A stretch of 64,000 nt of DNA from Eledone cirrhosa (lineage: Eukaryota). The notes beneath the pieces are model-generated. The model ran no database searches. It saw nothing but the letters and a program-made list of their open reading frames with translations, and was not told the origin of the DNA. A program made the position numbers and the translations under genes. Of the stretch, positions 63,813 to 64,000 are shown piece by piece. Position 1 is the first letter of the stretch. The number at the start of each line of letters is the position of its first letter. Location of the stretch: contig OZ024745.1 of the NCBI GenBank assembly GCA_964016885.1, positions 110,608,001-110,672,000 on the forward strand, written 5' to 3'.

Positions 63813-64000
63813 CCCTTTAGCATTTATATAACTGTATATTTACTATTGTATTTTTACAGTAAAGGCTTTACCTTACATAATTATCTCACATAAATGTCTC
63901 TACTTTAGGCACAAGGCCAGCAATTACCCAGTGCATTACTGGTACTTTATTTTATCGACCCCCGTAAGGATGAAAGGCAAAGTCAACCTCGGCGGGATTT
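63813..64000 (-). mobile_element. piggyBac MITE left part followed by a SINE running off the window
   Basis: TTAA-CCCTTTAGCATTTA at about 63809; SINE tail from about 63895. Confidence 0.8.

Overview
AT-rich, microsatellite-dense eukaryotic DNA. The repeat repertoire is consistent with an octopod cephalopod, which is an inference from repeat families only. No intact host gene is supportable, and nearly all tracked ORFs are simple-repeat artefacts or antisense frames. The window is a graveyard of nested mobile elements: a full-length dead maT/DD37D Tc1-mariner; Tc1, Tigger, hAT, piggyBac and Merlin/Mutator-type MITEs; a Helitron; Gypsy remnants; Tx1/L1, RTE, Vingi and CRE LINE fragments; more than 20 copies of one tRNA-derived SINE; and several Penelope-like element (PLE) remnants. 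The most interesting signals are these. (1) (TA)n-flanked fold-back PLE ends in which the hairpin apex coincides with stem II of a hammerhead ribozyme half, plus one complete hammerhead and a recurrent non-canonical one. (2) A SINE whose target duplications start with ATTAT, which piles up behind a Tx1 LINE with a similar 3' end. (3) A Gypsy integrase plus LTR bracketed by a perfect 110-bp direct repeat. (4) Twin-priming-type inversions in RTE and Tx1 elements. All coordinates and alignments were read by eye.
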